Part shown: in pieces, positions 61,679-64,000 of the stretch
Numbering within the stretch: position 1 is the first letter of the stretch
Layout: each line of letters starts with the position of its first letter
Origin: a bacterium
GTDB lineage: Bacteria; Oederibacteriota; CAKKQC01
DNA: 64,000 nucleotides
NCBI GenBank assembly: GCA_919901855.1
Contig: CAKKQC010000007.1
Location: forward strand, 87,517-151,516
Reading direction: 5' to 3'
Position numbers and translations under genes: made by a program
Notes under the pieces: generated by a model
Seen by the model: only the letters and a program-made list of their open reading frames with translations
Database searches by the model: none
Told to the model about the DNA's origin: nothing

Positions 61679-63987
61679 AGGTCTTGGTGTTTGCCGGCCT
61701 TGTCGGACTTGCGGGCGCGTCCTCCGGCGCGGTGCCTTGGACTCCGGTGGGACTGGCGGGCGGCGGGGGGATGTTCGTCCCCGCGATCTCGCCGCTCGAC
61801 GCGAACCATCTCATGGTCAACTGCGACATGTCGGACGCGTTCATCTCCCGGGATGGCGGCGAGAACTGGACCATGATTCACCACCGGCAGTTGCGCGGGA
61901 ACACGCGGTGCCGGCCGATCTTCCACCCCCGGGACCCCGACACGATTTTCGCGGCGGGTGACTGGGGCGGGGGGCTCAAGGTCAGCCGGGACGGGGGTAC
62001 CACGTGGGCGGCATGGGGCGACCTTCCCGAGGGCGTCACAGAGATCGCGCTGGACCCGGGCGCGCCGGACCGGATGCTGGCCGTGGTCGATGGCGGGGAG
62101 GCGTACGCGTCCGCGGACGCCGGTGCGCACTGGACGAAGACCGAGGGGATCCGCAGCCGGGTCGCGGGGTTCCACTTCGACCGGACCAGTCCCGCGTCCG
62201 CCCGGGTCTGCTTCGCGGGGACGGATGCGGGCGTCTTCGTGAGCCGCGACGGGGGGAGGACGTGGTCTCCCACGGCGGGGAAGGGCTTGCCCCTGGACCT
62301 GATCAAGTCGAAGGACGGCTGGAACTCCGGCGAGGGCGCACCGTTGGGGCCGAGCTTCTGCGGGGGGTCGAGCACGACGACGGGCGAGTGCGTCCTGTAC
62401 TTCGTGACCCGGACGGCCGTGGCCGGGGGCAGGCTCACGGGAGGTGTATTCCGGTCCACGGATCGGGGCGAGACGTGGACGTCCTGCATGGGCGGCGGGA
62501 TCAATCTCGATACCAAGTCGGCCGACGAGTGGGCGGAGGGGCCGTTCCCCCGGTACCATCACGTGCTCACGACCGACACCGCGCCGAGGACCGTCTACGT
62601 CGCCTGCACCAGCTCCGGCTACAATCCGCCGCATCACGCCACGGTCTGGCGGAGCGACGACGCCGGCGCCACGTGGCGGCCGGTCTGGTACTCGGACCCC
62701 CGGTGGAAGGAGTACAACTGCGAGACCGACCGCACTTCCGCTTCCCGGGGCGCGAGCTACAACGGCACGCCGTTCGGGCTCTCGATCTCGCCGACGGACC
62801 CCAACGTCCTGGTCATGACCAACTCGGGCCAGTGCTTCATCACCCGCGACGGGGGGGCGAGATGGATCGCCTCGCACAGCCGTAGGTCCTCAACGAGCAA
62901 GACCATCGCGAAGGATGAGGCCTGGCGGTGCAACGGGCTGGTCGTGACCACGACCTGGCACTACGAAATCGACCCGCACGACGCGAACCGGCACTTCATC
63001 TGCTACACGGACGAGGGGATCGCGCGGTCCGACGACGGGGGGAAGAACTGGCGGTGGTGGGGTGACGAGTCGGGCAGTCCGTGGCGCAACACCTGCTACG
63101 AGCTCGCGTTCGATCCCGCCATCAAGGGGAAGATCTGGGGCGCGTTCTCGGACGTTCACGACATCCCGAACGGGAATATCATCTGGGGCCGGCATTCGAG
63201 CACGGAGCCCGGCGGCGTCTGTCTGAGCGAGGACGAAGGGGTCACGTGGAAGCCGCTTCATGGCCTGCCCTTGGCGCCCGTCGTCTCGGTCATCCTCGAT
63301 CCCGCGAGCCCGGCGAGCGCCCGGCGGCTCTGGGCCTCGTCGTTCGAGCACGGCGTGTACCGGACCGACGACGGCGGGAAGACCTGGAAGATGTGCGGCA
63401 CCGGGCTCGGCGACCCCGGCGTCAACGTCCGCGTCTGCCGGCTGATCCTCCACAAGGATGGAACGCTGTTCGTGCTCATCACGGCCAAACGAGTGAACGG
63501 GCAGTTCTTGAAGGAGGGCGTCGGGCTCTGGCGGCTCGCGAAGGGCGCGACCCGGTGGAAGCGGATCACGGCTACCGTGAACCTGCGGTGGCCCAAGGAC
63601 TTCACCGTGGACCCCGACGACAGCCGCGTCATCTACCTCGGCGCCGCGGACATCACCGGGGAGGAGCAGGGGGGTCTCTACCGGACCTCGGATGGCGGCA
63701 TGTCGTGGACCCGAATCCTGCTGAAAGGCCCCGAGCACTTCGGCGCCGTTCTCCATCCCACGAAGAAGGGCTGGGTCTACGCCACGCTGTGCGAGGAGGC
63801 GAAGGAGTCCGGACTGTATCTCTCGAAGGACGGCGGTTCGACGTGGGCGCCCTTCCTCGACCTGCCGTTCTCGAACATCATGCGCATCACCTTGGACCCC
63901 ACCGACGCCTCCGCCATGTACGTCACCACCTTCGGCGGCTCCGTCTGGCACGGGCCGATAGAGCCTTCATCTGTTGTGCTACCGTAG
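61675..63987 (+). CDS. BNR/Asp-box repeat beta-propeller protein (GH74 / sialidase-superfamily-like), secreted
   Basis: 3' part of track ORF 60631..63987 from ATG 61675 overlapping the GH95 stop (ATGA); signal peptide [19 protein letters not shown]; at least 11 S-x-D-x-G-x-T-W boxes ([40 protein letters not shown], ...). Confidence 0.8.
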   Translation: MKVLVFAGLVGLAGASSGAVPWTPVGLAGGGGMFVPAISPLDANHLMVNCDMSDAFISRDGGENWTMIHHRQLRGNTRCRPIFHPRDPDTIFAAGDWGGGLKVSRDGGTTWAAWGDLPEGVTEIALDPGAPDRMLAVVDGGEAYASADAGAHWTKTEGIRSRVAGFHFDRTSPASARVCFAGTDAGVFVSRDGGRTWSPTAGKGLPLDLIKSKDGWNSGEGAPLGPSFCGGSSTTTGECVLYFVTRTAVAGGRLTGGVFRSTDRGETWTSCMGGGINLDTKSADEWAEGPFPRYHHVLTTDTAPRTVYVACTSSGYNPPHHATVWRSDDAGATWRPVWYSDPRWKEYNCETDRTSASRGASYNGTPFGLSISPTDPNVLVMTNSGQCFITRDGGARWIASHSRRSSTSKTIAKDEAWRCNGLVVTTTWHYEIDPHDANRHFICYTDEGIARSDDGGKNWRWWGDESGSPWRNTCYELAFDPAIKGKIWGAFSDVHDIPNGNIIWGRHSSTEPGGVCLSEDEGVTWKPLHGLPLAPVVSVILDPASPASARRLWASSFEHGVYRTDDGGKTWKMCGTGLGDPGVNVRVCRLILHKDGTLFVLITAKRVNGQFLKEGVGLWRLAKGATRWKRITATVNLRWPKDFTVDPDDSRVIYLGAADITGEEQGGLYRTSDGGMSWTRILLKGPEHFGAVLHPTKKGWVYATLCEEAKESGLYLSKDGGSTWAPFLDLPFSNIMRITLDPTDASAMYVTTFGGSVWHGPIEPSSVVLP

Positions 63988-64000
63988 CTCGAGATGACGA

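Noticed and set aside
1-64000. Searched by eye for rRNA, tRNA, CRISPR arrays, transposase/integrase genes and prophage genes
   Set aside because: None found. Intergenic spaces are mostly under 160 bp. Regularly spaced short repeats are absent. The only mobile-element-like gene is the standalone RT.

Overview
This 64 kb window is ~70% GC and densely coding. It appears to be bacterial, probably from the FCB superphylum, because two proteins end in T9SS-type C-terminal sorting domains and a PorV/PorQ-like barrel gene is adjacent. Coordinates for features not in the ORF track were derived by hand counting and may be off by 1-3 nt.

Main content, in order:
(1) A giant minus-strand gene fills 1..10604 and runs off the left edge. 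It is missing from the ORF track because it has no in-window stop. It encodes signal peptide, S8 subtilase domain, DUF11/Ig-like repeats, an SBBP-type beta-propeller region, and more repeats including an in-frame 813-bp tandem duplication. The plus-strand track ORFs over 1..10600 are antisense shadows of it.
(2) A standalone fabF-like ketoacyl-ACP synthase lies upstream (10860..12116, -).
(3) Divergently, a polytopic membrane protein with C-terminal TPR repeats (12125..14633, +) is followed by a second giant secreted protein (14650..20328, +) with SBBP propellers, DUF11 repeats, a Big-like domain and a T9SS-type C-terminal domain.
(4) Next come an Eis-like GNAT, a secreted T9SS-cargo protein plus a PorV/PorQ-like outer-membrane protein, a clan GH-A-like glycoside hydrolase with a CBM9/DOMON-like domain, a second GNAT, a beta-helix protein, arfB, and a GH92 mannosidase with a C-terminal PA14 domain.
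(5) A signalling cluster spans 34704..48172. It holds a cNMP-binding protein, two paralogous Hanks-type Ser/Thr kinases with a TM segment and WD40 propellers, and an 8-TM protein with a GH2-like sugar-binding domain and a pseudopilin (GspG)-like C-terminus. The second kinase carries a C-terminal GspF-like domain and a GspE/PilB-like ATPase domain with a degenerate Walker B. An FHA-domain class III adenylate cyclase closes the cluster.
(6) Then come an MDR alcohol dehydrogenase, a DSD1/D-threonine-aldolase-like PLP enzyme, a YVTN beta-propeller protein, a third GNAT, an aldo/keto reductase and a PilZ protein.
(7) A standalone group-II-intron-like reverse transcriptase (no intron RNA context) is translationally coupled to a zinc-ribbon 2-TM protein, then a GH95 fucosidase and a BNR/Asp-box propeller protein, all chained by 4-nt start/stop overlaps.

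No rRNA, tRNA, CRISPR, transposase or integrase was found.
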